Made by a program: the position numbers and the translations under genes
Notes under the pieces: generated by a model
The model's database searches: none
What the model was told of the DNA's origin: nothing
Seen by the model: only the letters and a program-made list of their open reading frames with translations
Assembly (NCBI GenBank): GCA_040880105.1
Contig: JBBDJA010000007.1
Span: forward strand, 1 to 39,636
DNA: 39,636 bases
Direction of reading: 5' to 3'
Origin: Waddliaceae bacterium
GTDB taxonomy: Bacteria; Chlamydiota; Chlamydiia; Chlamydiales; SLOH01
In this document: positions 27,329-36,799 of the stretch, one piece after another
Layout: each line of letters begins with the position of its first letter
Position numbering within the stretch: position 1 is the first letter of the stretch

Positions 27329-28566
27329 ATAAACTCCACAGTAGGTTTGATTTTTTCCTTCGTAATAAGATTGGGTATGAAAGTAAAGTGCGGTCGCACT
27401 TTGGGTCTTGCATGAGTATACCCTGTCACCCCTTGCGGTCCGGAAGAGACAAGAGATGCAATCTCCTTTGCAAACACAAAAAGCGGTTCGGGATTTTGAT
27501 GCTGAATGGCAATGCGTAGCATACACTCGGCAATCTCTGCATTTCTTGGAATCACCCCCGGAACGATATCTCCAGCTCCTATACACTCAACGCATGATCT
27601 ATCCACTTCAAACCCACACTTTCGGAGCCTTTCAAGTAGAATATCCGCGCATATTTTGGCCTTTTGGACAGCGTTCGCACCAAAAATCGAAACCATTCCT
27701 TCCACCTTCCAGCCCGAACGATGAATTTCAGCTACTTTGAGTGTATCGGGCGGCGGCTTTCCAATAGCGCCTGTGACTTTAATACGGTCCTTCCCTACAT
27801 TCTCAAGTTTGACTGAGAGTAAGGAGAGTATGACATCGGGGCTTAAATAATTGTCAGGATCTTCGATCTCATAGAGTAGCTGCTCCTTAACGGTCTCTAT
27901 ACTGACCCGACCGCCGCTTTCCTCTGGTTTGGTGATCACAAAAGAGCCGTCCGAATGGATTTCCGCAATGGGATACCCGATCTGATAAGGGTTTTCAATC
28001 TCCAGCCAATGCGTCGACATCCCACCGGTTACTTGCGTTCCACATTCAATCAAATGTCCGGCAAGAGTAGCGCCGGCAAGTTTATTCCATTCATTCCACC
28101 CCCACCCAAATTCATGTACGCATGGCCCAACCGTGAGTGAGGGATCGCAGCATCTTCCGGTAATCACAATATCAGCTCCTTTCGCAAGCGCAAGCGCGAT
28201 GGGCTGAGCGCCTAGATACGCTCGACTGCACACGGCAGTGCTCTCAACTTCATCTCCTGTGATGACGGCGATTTTTTTCTTCCCACCGAGAATTTTAGCA
28301 ACTTCTTTTCCGCATGCTCTTGGGTTTAATCCGCCTGCATTTGTTACAATGCGCACTTTTGTATCTTTTAAATCTTCAACCACTTGTAAAAAATCTTTGG
28401 CATACCCTGCATTTGGATCTTTTTCCATTTGAATAGCCATAATCCCAAGACTCATTTCGGCCAGATATTCAAGCGTCAGATAATCGAGGTCTTTCACCTG
28501 CTTGACTAACTCTTTTGGAGCGAGCTGACTATCACCCCAAAATCCTTGGGCATTTGCAATCTTCAT
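27325..28566 (-). CDS. atuA: Acyclic terpene utilisation AtuA family protein (DUF1446)
   Basis: IANAQGFWGDS, EYLAE, TNAGGLNP, AYLGA, GADIVITGR, AGHLIECGTQVTGG, EQLLYEI. Confidence 0.88.
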   Translation of the reverse strand: MKIANAQGFWGDSQLAPKELVKQVKDLDYLTLEYLAEMSLGIMAIQMEKDPNAGYAKDFLQVVEDLKDTKVRIVTNAGGLNPRACGKEVAKILGGKKKIAVITGDEVESTAVCSRAYLGAQPIALALAKGADIVITGRCCDPSLTVGPCVHEFGWGWNEWNKLAGATLAGHLIECGTQVTGGMSTHWLEIENPYQIGYPIAEIHSDGSFVITKPEESGGRVSIETVKEQLLYEIEDPDNYLSPDVILSLLSVKLENVGKDRIKVTGAIGKPPPDTLKVAEIHRSGWKVEGMVSIFGANAVQKAKICADILLERLRKCGFEVDRSCVECIGAGDIVPGVIPRNAEIAECMLRIAIQHQNPEPLFVFAKEIASLVSSGPQGVTGYTHARPKVRPHFTFIPNLITKEKIKPTVEFI

Positions 28567-30086
28567 ACTTGAATCACTCCTGTATGGAAAGTTTTGTCGC
28601 TCTTTGGTGCACGTTTGACAAGTTGAAGTAAATCAAAAAGCACCTGCCGCGTGCGGTGCGGGGCAATAATCGCATCAACCCAACCACGGGCGGCACCATA
28701 CCGTATGTCTGTCTGCTCATTATACTCCGCGAAGACTTTGTCAAAAACTTTTTGATCTTTTTGCAAAGAGTATAACGTCCCTGCCGCTTGTGAGGCGCCC
28801 ATCACCGCATACTTCGCATTTGGCCAAGCAAGAATGAAGTTTGGATCGTACGCTTTACCGCAAAGCGCATAATTACCCGCACCAAAAGAGCTTCCGATAA
28901 TCAAAGTAATCTTTGGAACAATTGAGTTACTTACCGCATTGACAAGTTTGGCTCCGCTTTTAATGATTCCGCCTTGCTCTGCTTCTTTTCCCACCATGAA
29001 CCCGACGACATCTTGCAAAAAAAGGATTGGCAGTTGCATTTGATTGCAGTCCATCACAAAGCGCGCCGCCTTTTCAGCACTCTCTGAATATAATACCCCG
29101 CCGATATGAACCTCGCCGCTTGTGCCTCGCGTTTGTTTTTTCTGATTGGCAATGACTCCAATTGGGATCCCACCAATTTTTCCCTCAACACAAACTATTG
29201 CTTTTCCATACTCTGCTTTGTACTCAATGATCGTCCCTTCATCACAGATTAAATTTAAAAGCTCGTGAATATCAAAAAATTCCGGAAGGTCGTAAACTCC
29301 CGGAATCAATCCGACATCACGCGTTTGCTGTGTATCTTCCGGCAGCATATCGACAAGTTTTCTCATTTGGTTTAAACACGACTCGTCATTCGGCTCTAAA
29401 AAATCAACCGTGCCACTGATGGCTGCGTGCATTTTCGCCCCGCCAAGCTCTTCAGCACCGACATCCTGACCAATCGCTTGCTTGACAAGAGCGGGCCCTG
29501 CTAAGTAGAGACCGCTGCCCTCTGTCATTAAGAGCTGATCGCAAAGGACAGGGAGGTATCCTCCACCTGCAATACAACTCCCCATTATTGCAGCTATCTG
29601 TGGGATCCCATTTGCAGAAAGGACGGCGTTATTGCGAAAAATACGCCCAAAATCATCCTCATCCGGAAATATTTCATCTTGAAGCGGTAAGAACACACCG
29701 GCAGAATCGACAAGATACAGAATCGGCAATCGAGATTCATAGGCAATACGCTGCGCGCGGAGCATCTTTTTTACAGATTGGGGCATCATTGCCCCGGCTT
29801 TGACAGTCGCATCATTGGCAATTACCATGACAGTGCGACCCGACACTTTACCAATGCAAGCTAACACGCCGGCGGCCGGAAACTCCCCCCACTCCGCATA
29901 CATTTTCCAGCCTTGAAAAAGACCGAGCTCAAAATAATCTTCAGAGTCAAACAGCCTTTTTAGACGCTCCCGCGCCGTGAGCCTACCCAGTTTCTTTTGC
30001 CTTTCGCGCCCCTTTTTCCCTCCACCTTGATGTAGTAGCTGCTCATCTTCTAAAATTTTCTTTGTCAACTGTTTTAGTGCTATCAT
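28563..30086 (-). CDS. Acyl-CoA carboxylase carboxyltransferase subunit (MCC-beta/LiuB/AtuC-like)
   Basis: RLTARERL, ANDATVKAG, LVDSAGVFLPLQDEIF, ELGGAKMH, GAGNYALCGKAYDP. Confidence 0.9.
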   Translation of the reverse strand: MIALKQLTKKILEDEQLLHQGGGKKGRERQKKLGRLTARERLKRLFDSEDYFELGLFQGWKMYAEWGEFPAAGVLACIGKVSGRTVMVIANDATVKAGAMMPQSVKKMLRAQRIAYESRLPILYLVDSAGVFLPLQDEIFPDEDDFGRIFRNNAVLSANGIPQIAAIMGSCIAGGGYLPVLCDQLLMTEGSGLYLAGPALVKQAIGQDVGAEELGGAKMHAAISGTVDFLEPNDESCLNQMRKLVDMLPEDTQQTRDVGLIPGVYDLPEFFDIHELLNLICDEGTIIEYKAEYGKAIVCVEGKIGGIPIGVIANQKKQTRGTSGEVHIGGVLYSESAEKAARFVMDCNQMQLPILFLQDVVGFMVGKEAEQGGIIKSGAKLVNAVSNSIVPKITLIIGSSFGAGNYALCGKAYDPNFILAWPNAKYAVMGASQAAGTLYSLQKDQKVFDKVFAEYNEQTDIRYGAARGWVDAIIAPHRTRQVLFDLLQLVKRAPKSDKTFHTGVIQV

Positions 30087-30150
30087 AAATCCGCATTGTG
30101 ATGATCTGCTCAATTTACGTAAATCATCAATATTAAATTTTAATTCTAAC

Positions 30151-31839
30151 TTATTGCGTCAACATATCTGAAAGAGATTCAATCTCTTTATCAAAGGGAT
30201 CGCCCACATAAGATAGGGAAGTTTTTACTGCCGCGAGGCTCTCTTGACAATAGAATTTAGCAATACTACGCGCGCTTGAATCAATCTCACCTTCTCGCTT
30301 GCTGAGTACGCAAAGCGTTGTAAACATTTGAATTAACGCATCTGTTAAGCGGTTCAAGTCAAGTTGCTTCTCTACAATCCCTTCTCGATGCTTGATCAAC
30401 AAATACTTTGAGAGGCGTGAAAAGGCGCGAATCGATTTTCTTAGGACCTGTATCTCATTTTTCATATCCGCTTCTTTAAATGGAACTTTTGGCAGATAAA
30501 TACAATCGTGCGCCTCTTGTTTGATAAAATTCCCCATGACTCTTAGGTTAGAAAATGGCCTTTTAAGTCCATCATTGACTTTTTTAAAATAGAGACCGAC
30601 ATCTCGAATTCCAACACCTGAAATAAACGCGCGCATCACCTCATTTGACCCCTCGCCTATCATATTCAAGCGCGCATCGCGCATTAATCGCTCAAAAGGC
30701 TCATCGGTAAAAAATGAGCGACCGCCAAAGATCTGCATTGTATCATAAATAATTGACCAGAGCTCCTCACTTGCAAACACTTTAAGCATCGCCGTCTCAA
30801 GCATGATATCTTTTTCCCCTTGATCGATCAGACCGGCAACCGTATAGGTTGCTGCATCCATCGCATAGCTTCTAGCAGCCATGCGTGAGAGTTTGGCTTT
30901 AACAAGTGGAAAGGAAGAAAGCGGCCGCTTAAACTGATAGCGCGTCTTCGCATGGTGTATCGCCCTTTCAACTAAGTACTTACCCACTCCGTTGCAAAGA
31001 GCTCCAAACGTTGTTCGTCCATAATTTAAAACAGAGAGTGCCACATTTAGACCTTTTCCAAGGTGACCCAAGAGGTTTTCTTCCGGTACCTCCATCTCTT
31101 TAAACTCTAAAATTGCCGTTTTTGTTCCGCGAAATCCAAGCTTCTCAAGAGCGGGCTGTTTGATATGGAATCCATGCATTTCGGGAGTCACCAAGAAGGC
31201 TGAAATCCCCTCCTTTGTTCGTGCCATAACAGTCAGTACATCGGCAATAGACCCACTTGTAATCCATTGCTTCATGCCATTGATGCGATACACTTTTTTT
31301 TCGGAGTCGTAATCGGCACGCGTTTCAATAGCGCTTGCATCGGAGCCTGCATTTGGCTCGGTTAATGCGAAGGCAGCAATTTTCTCCCCCTTTGCCAGAG
31401 CAGGTAGCCATTTTCTCTTCTGATCCTCGGTTCCGTAGAGCAAAAGTGCCCGGATTCCAATACTTTGATGGACGTTTACAAACAAAGTCGTTGAGCCGCA
31501 ATATCTTGCAAGCGTCTCTGTCACTCGGCAATACGCCTGTTGCGACATTCCAAGCCCCCCATACTCCTTTGGAACAGTCATCCCTAGGACCCCAAGCTCT
31601 TTCAGTCCGTTGATCACCTCATCGGGAATTTCCGCCTGACGGTCAATGAGATCCGCATCTATTTTCTCTTTTGCAAAAGATTCAACCTTATCCACGTACT
31701 CATCAATGGGCTCTTGCTTTGGGTAAGGGAAAATCTTTTTGCTATCCAAAACACCAAAAAATAGCTTCTTCGCAAAACTTGTCTCGTCGATTCCTGTAGA
31801 GAGAAGTTCATCAAGTAATTTTTTTTGGTCGAGATCCAT
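30151..31839 (-). CDS. Acyl-CoA dehydrogenase (VLCAD/ACAD9-like long form)
   Basis: VPKEYGGLG, HQSIG, FALTEPNAGSDA, NGMKQWIT, RYQFKRPL, QIFGG, EGSNEV; C-terminal extension. Confidence 0.92.
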   Translation of the reverse strand: MDLDQKKLLDELLSTGIDETSFAKKLFFGVLDSKKIFPYPKQEPIDEYVDKVESFAKEKIDADLIDRQAEIPDEVINGLKELGVLGMTVPKEYGGLGMSQQAYCRVTETLARYCGSTTLFVNVHQSIGIRALLLYGTEDQKRKWLPALAKGEKIAAFALTEPNAGSDASAIETRADYDSEKKVYRINGMKQWITSGSIADVLTVMARTKEGISAFLVTPEMHGFHIKQPALEKLGFRGTKTAILEFKEMEVPEENLLGHLGKGLNVALSVLNYGRTTFGALCNGVGKYLVERAIHHAKTRYQFKRPLSSFPLVKAKLSRMAARSYAMDAATYTVAGLIDQGEKDIMLETAMLKVFASEELWSIIYDTMQIFGGRSFFTDEPFERLMRDARLNMIGEGSNEVMRAFISGVGIRDVGLYFKKVNDGLKRPFSNLRVMGNFIKQEAHDCIYLPKVPFKEADMKNEIQVLRKSIRAFSRLSKYLLIKHREGIVEKQLDLNRLTDALIQMFTTLCVLSKREGEIDSSARSIAKFYCQESLAAVKTSLSYVGDPFDKEIESLSDMLTQ

Positions 31840-31950
31840 ATTTTATCCGGCTTTTTTGATGTTATAGCCATTTGTGCTGATTTTATAAAATATAATCTAT
31901 AAGATAAGCAAAAATTTATTTATTTTTTTGGGAGCCTTGCGGTTCCTTTG

Positions 31951-32114
31951 GGAGTCTCTTAGGTCACTCTGGTTCTATTAAATTTTGCATGAATTTTTTC
32001 TGAAATTTGAAAAAACAATCGGGAATAACCACTTGATGGTTAAGCAATTGCGTTTTTCTCGAATTTCAGGAAAAGGGCACTAAATTTAATCGACCCGAGT
32101 GAATCAGAGGCTTC
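31951..32114. mobile_element. MITE copy 8 (164 bp)
   Basis: Core ATTAAATTTTGCATGAATTTTTTCTGAAATTTG..TAACCACTTGATGGTTAAG..GGCACTAAATTTAAT; right end GAATCAGAGGCTTC; flanks TTTG/TTTA. Confidence 0.88.
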
Positions 32115-32192
32115 TTTAGAGAGAGAGACTTTTAATAACATTTACTTGCCCATATTATCCATAGATATTAAGGTGCAGTTATAGGGGGAATC

Positions 32193-32732
32193 ATGGCAAA
32201 TCCATCAGGTTGCAACTATTTTGGCTCTATATGCCAATCCACATGCCAATTTATAGCAAATTCATGCCATAGCCTTGCATCAGAAATGAAAACGCCATCA
32301 AGGTTGCAAGGATATACTTTGATCGTTGGCGGTACATCGATGGCGATGCTCGGTATCCAGCAAGGAGTTTCGTCGATTAAGGGAATATACAATCGCATGT
32401 TTAAGGAAGAGCAAAGCTATATCCTTTACTCTGAACAACAACCAGGATCGAATCTCTTAACAAAATGCTTAATAAGCATCACATGTCTCGGCCTTGGCGG
32501 AGCGGCAGTTGTTGCGGGAACGATCAATATTTTAATGCCGGAAGCTCTCAATTCCGGTTGCGCGGATTTAAAAGTGGAGTGTCTTCAGAGCCATCCATCT
32601 TGCAAATATGCGTGCCAAGAGACAAGTGATTATGCAAAAGACGCAGCTGAGGAGATTGTATCGGAAGGAGCGTATCGAGCGCTTTGTAAGTTATTTCCCG
32701 AGATTGACCATTGCAAGCTTGGGGTGGGATGA
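32193..32732 (+). CDS. Small Cys-rich membrane protein with two hydrophobic Gly-rich segments
   Basis: RBS GGGGA; hydrophobic segments YTLIVGGTSMAMLGI and CLISITCLGLGGAAVVAGTINIL; many Cys residues. Confidence 0.6.
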   Translation: MANPSGCNYFGSICQSTCQFIANSCHSLASEMKTPSRLQGYTLIVGGTSMAMLGIQQGVSSIKGIYNRMFKEEQSYILYSEQQPGSNLLTKCLISITCLGLGGAAVVAGTINILMPEALNSGCADLKVECLQSHPSCKYACQETSDYAKDAAEEIVSEGAYRALCKLFPEIDHCKLGVG

Positions 32733-33745
32733 AGCAAGTAGAACTTGAGAAACTTTCTCCTGATAAAATTGTAACATACCTTTCAAAACTGAAAGGGAAA
32801 GAGCCAGTCCGCGCTTTGGTCTCCTCGCTTACCGAACATAAACAGTTAGAAGCTGCCGGTAAAGCCTTAACTCCGATACAAATGCTTGACCTACTCTCGC
32901 ACACCCTTTCTTCGGAGGAAAATGGTTGGAAGCTCTCTCCCCTTCTAGTCGGATTTCCATACCTCCATTTTCGGCAAGTCATCGACGCGCTCTCTTTAGA
33001 CAATTTAGAAGTACTTAAGCATGAAAGTGTGACCGAGCCAGTTCAACATCAAATTACTCTAATCGCACATGCCATTACTAAAGAAATTGACGAAAAACAA
33101 AAGGATCTTGAAGAGTGGGAACTCAGCTTAGAGACCCTTGCAATTGATGAAATGAGTCGAGCAGATGCAGAAGCGCTATTTAAAAAAATCAATGAATTCG
33201 AAGAATTTTATTCAAAAATCACAACTCTTCTGAATAAAGCGCTTGCGATTGCATGGAATTCCACAAGATCCGACCTTATCGACAACCTCAACTCCCTAAA
33301 AGAAATTGCCCACCACTATTTACTCGATGTCGTTGGGAACTCAAGAGATCAAGACAACCCGCCTTCAGGACTGTACGCTATCGTTGAAGAGGCGCTTTTT
33401 AGAAGATTTGGTGATCATATAGAAACAGAATCTGTTAAAGAAAATGAACCTGCGCTTGAAGGGATTACAAAGCTTTCGATCTGGTACTTAAAAGATTACT
33501 GGGCGCTTGGACTCATTCCATCCGTGCAAAGAGAGAAGGATCTTGAAACAGATAGCAAATCAGAACAGAAAAGAGCAGCTCATCGGCAGCGTCTCTTTGA
33601 AGAGGCAGAAAATTCTTTAGCTCTTATGGGACTTAAAACAGTTTCGGATCTTAAAAAAAAACGGATCTTTTCAAAAAAAACTTTGGAAGAGTATTTAAAG
33701 CCACGCCACAAAAAAATTACCGAACAGCTTCCAAAATCTCGCTAA
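32729..33745 (+). CDS. Hypothetical helical protein
   Basis: Long ORF; start MKQVEL coupled (ATGA) to the upstream stop. Confidence 0.7.
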   Translation: MKQVELEKLSPDKIVTYLSKLKGKEPVRALVSSLTEHKQLEAAGKALTPIQMLDLLSHTLSSEENGWKLSPLLVGFPYLHFRQVIDALSLDNLEVLKHESVTEPVQHQITLIAHAITKEIDEKQKDLEEWELSLETLAIDEMSRADAEALFKKINEFEEFYSKITTLLNKALAIAWNSTRSDLIDNLNSLKEIAHHYLLDVVGNSRDQDNPPSGLYAIVEEALFRRFGDHIETESVKENEPALEGITKLSIWYLKDYWALGLIPSVQREKDLETDSKSEQKRAAHRQRLFEEAENSLALMGLKTVSDLKKKRIFSKKTLEEYLKPRHKKITEQLPKSR

Positions 33746-34424
33746 AAATCACATTGGGATCTTGTTCACCATCAAGGCTGATAAGTCCTCCTCTTTTTTG
33801 GTAAAAATCAATCAGCGGTTTTGTTTTCTCATGATAGACACGCAGGCGCTCCTCCACAACATCTTCGTTGTCATCTGATCGATGAATCAACGCATCTCCG
33901 CATTGATCGCACTTCCGATCGACTTGAGGAGGCGAAAAATATGTGTTAAACATGCTGGCGCAGTTAGGACACGTAAGACGCCCGGCAATGCGTTTCACAA
34001 TGACCGAATCGCCTACATCGAGATTAATGGCAATGACTCGGTCATTTGGGCCGAGCATTTTCTCAAGCTCTTCTGCTTGTGGAATTGTTCTTGGGAAACC
34101 ATCAAGTAAATACCCTTTATGGCAGTCCATCTCATTTACTCTATTTTTTAGCATACCGATAATAAGATCATCCGGAGCCAGGTCCCCGCGATCCATAAAC
34201 ACTTTAACCTTTTTCCCAAGCTCGGTTCGGTTTTTAAAATTTTCTCTTAAAAGATCACCTGTTGAAATGTGTGCGATTCCAAGCTCTTTTGATAGCCTCT
34301 TGGCCTGTGTGCCTTTACCGGATCCCGGAGCCCCGAGCAATATTACAACGTTTCTCTTCACATCCATTTCAACGCCTCCTAAGGCTATAGCCAAACAAAA
34401 AAATATAGATAAAAAATATTTCAT
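33717..34424 (-). CDS. adk: Adenylate kinase with zinc LID (start either 34424 or 34367)
   Basis: GAPGSGKGTQA, HISTGDLLR, LLDGFPRT, CPNC..CDQC LID, RSDDNE. Confidence 0.95.
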   Translation of the reverse strand: MKYFLSIFFCLAIALGGVEMDVKRNVVILLGAPGSGKGTQAKRLSKELGIAHISTGDLLRENFKNRTELGKKVKVFMDRGDLAPDDLIIGMLKNRVNEMDCHKGYLLDGFPRTIPQAEELEKMLGPNDRVIAINLDVGDSVIVKRIAGRLTCPNCASMFNTYFSPPQVDRKCDQCGDALIHRSDDNEDVVEERLRVYHEKTKPLIDFYQKRGGLISLDGEQDPNVIFSEILEAVR

Positions 34425-34481
34425 TCTTTTCTTCAAAAAATCAAAGTATATGATACTAGATTGAGCGATAATCCGCAATAT

Positions 34482-36663
34482 CTAGAGCGCACAGCGAAAT
34501 CCGACTTTGCGATCACGCGCGTTATTTTGAAGGACTTTACTACTTCTATCGCGCAATTCGACTGCGATATGCCCCGGGTCACGAATGGAAGATGAGTCTA
34601 AGCGTCGATGGTGAGATTCAAAATCAGTATCTATAGTACTAGTCCACTCGAATAGACCATCGCAAGTATCCTCAAGCGCTCCATCAATCACACCCGCACA
34701 CAATAGCTCTTCTCTTGTCGGCAATCGTTGCCGCTTCCAGACAGTGTAAAGGTAGGCATCAACATATGAGACATTTGTCACAGGCGCATCGTCTTCTCCT
34801 TCCGGGAAGCTGCCATTTGTCCATTGTGAGGGAGCCGGATAGCCGATCGCTCTCATAAACCCGTAGTACTCAAGATTTGTAACCTTTTTAGATTGCAGGT
34901 AATATCCTTCTGTCTTATGTGAGACAGGAATGATGTAGCGCAAACCCGGTTTCGTTGCATGCTCTTCGAACCGACCGTACGCTTTCTTGTGCTCGCTCCG
35001 AGGCCTTTTGTCACTTAAGTAACTAATCGAGCCATCGCATTCTTCCTTTCTCTCTTTTATGGCTGCCACATTTATACAACTCTTTTCACCGCTCCCGCCC
35101 TTCTCTTTTTCAACTTCATTTTTCTTAATTTCCGTTTTCAGACTTGAACACACTTCTATACTCTCTTTCTCGGTAGCCGCTTTTCTTGATACAAAGGAGT
35201 ATTCCTCCTCTTTCTCATCACCGGAAGCTTCATCAAGCGCGCTTAAATCCATATCTTCAATCGCAGCAAAGTGGTCGTCTCTTTCTTTCACATTCTTTGA
35301 TAAAAAGGAGTACTCCTCCTCTTTCACATCATCGGAAGCTTCGTCAAGTGCGCTTAAATCCATATCTTCAATCGCAGCAAAGTGGTCGTCTCTTTCTTCC
35401 TCTCTTTTTGATAAAAAGGAGTACTCCTCCTCTTTCACATCACCAGAAGCTTCATCAAGTGCACTTAAATCCATATCTTCAATCGCAGCAAGCGCGTCGA
35501 CTTTTCCTTCCTCTCTTTTTGATAAAAAGGAGTACTCCTCCTCTTTCTCATCATCGGAAGCTTCATCAAGTGCACTTAAATCCATATCTTCAATCGCAGC
35601 AAAGTGGTCGTCTCTTTCTTTCACATTCTTTGATAAAAAGGAGTACTCATCCTCTTTCTCATCACCAGAAGCTTCATCAAGCGCACTTAAATCCATATCT
35701 TCAATCGCGCTGTAAAATTCATCGTTTAGTTCTAGAAAATCCAATTCTATCGGAGGCGTTTCCTCAGAGTTTATATGTCCGAACTCTTCATCGATTGAAA
35801 GCAGCTCGAACTTTTCTTTCTCATCACTATCACTCTCTTCCTCTTGATCATCAACTTCTTCAAATTGAACATAAGAAACCTTTAAGGGAACCGCAGTTTT
35901 TGAAGGAGGGGCAATTAATCCTACTTTTTGTGCCTCTTGAATATTCTCGACACTCCCTGTGGCATCGATTGTCTGCTTTGCTACCCGGTTAACATTTGCG
36001 TGCTTGTTTGGGCGGCGCGTGATCCGCTTGATCATTTTCCATGGAATACGAAATGTTTGATCCGCTTGAGGAACGGAAATTTCCACCTCTTCTTTCATTG
36101 GGGAATACTCTTCAAGCGTTGCGGTCTCGCCATCTTCCATTATTTTTATAGAGACTGTTTCAAAAACCTCAGCTTCCATAAATTGGCTAGGTGAATACTT
36201 TGCAATGTGTCCGCTTGCATCTCGAAACGCCAAGTTATCTTCATTACATTCGCCCGAAAGCCGAAAGCCATTATTCAAGTCCACTTGAAAAGAAGAAGAT
36301 GCTTGTCCTCTCTCTTGAAGATTTAGCGAGAGTAGACGCAAATCTTTGGTATACAGGGATTCATTGTTACCATCATCACTTTGAGCTAAAAAGGGCTCTT
36401 CGGAAATTTTTGCCCAAAATAGATCACCTGATGTTGTGATTAACTCCATTTGATCCCCTGACTCATCAGGAATCACCCGAATCAATGAAACTTTATCGAC
36501 ACCGAGGGGTAAAACACCAAAGGGGTATTGAAGCGACGGGATAGAGACAATGTTTCTTTTCTGCTTCTGATTATCGTTTAGAATAATCAAGTCTTCGGTA
36601 AACGTACGGTTTGGAAGAACAAAAGAAAAAAGAAAAATAATAAGGGCGATCGATTGAGTCATT
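34482..36663 (-). CDS. Exported acidic repeat protein with degenerate C-terminal FGE-sulfatase (SUMF1-like) domain
   Basis: Signal-like MTQSIALIIFLFSFVL; VTNLEYYGF, PVTNVSYVDA, RLPTREE, FEWT and VGFRCA motifs; start uncertain. Confidence 0.72.
35185..35708 (-). repeat. Intragenic tandem repeat, 111 nt (37 aa) x ~4.7
   Basis: AAATCCATATCTTCAATCGC recurs at 35245, 35356, 35467, 35578 and 35689; peptide AIEDMDLSALDEASxDxKEEEYSFLSK. Confidence 0.95.
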
Positions 36664-36799
36664 GCACATCCGGATATAAATGTTTGTCCTGAAAAATCAC
36701 GACTACGAATAGGGTTTGAATTTTTCAAAGGTTTCGCTAGATTCTAAATAGAAGAGAAGAAAAAATCAAACTGAACAAATTTCACTCCAAAGCAAGTCA

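Noticed and set aside
27329..27586. N-terminal extension of the 197-aa ORF (possible frameshifted single AtuA)
   Set aside because: The extension overlaps atuA out of frame; an ATGA-coupled start at 27328 indicates a genuine two-gene arrangement rather than a pseudogene
35059..35992. Two long plus-strand ORFs (218 and 268 aa)
   Set aside because: Antisense shadows of the stop-poor 111-nt repeat within the FGE-domain gene
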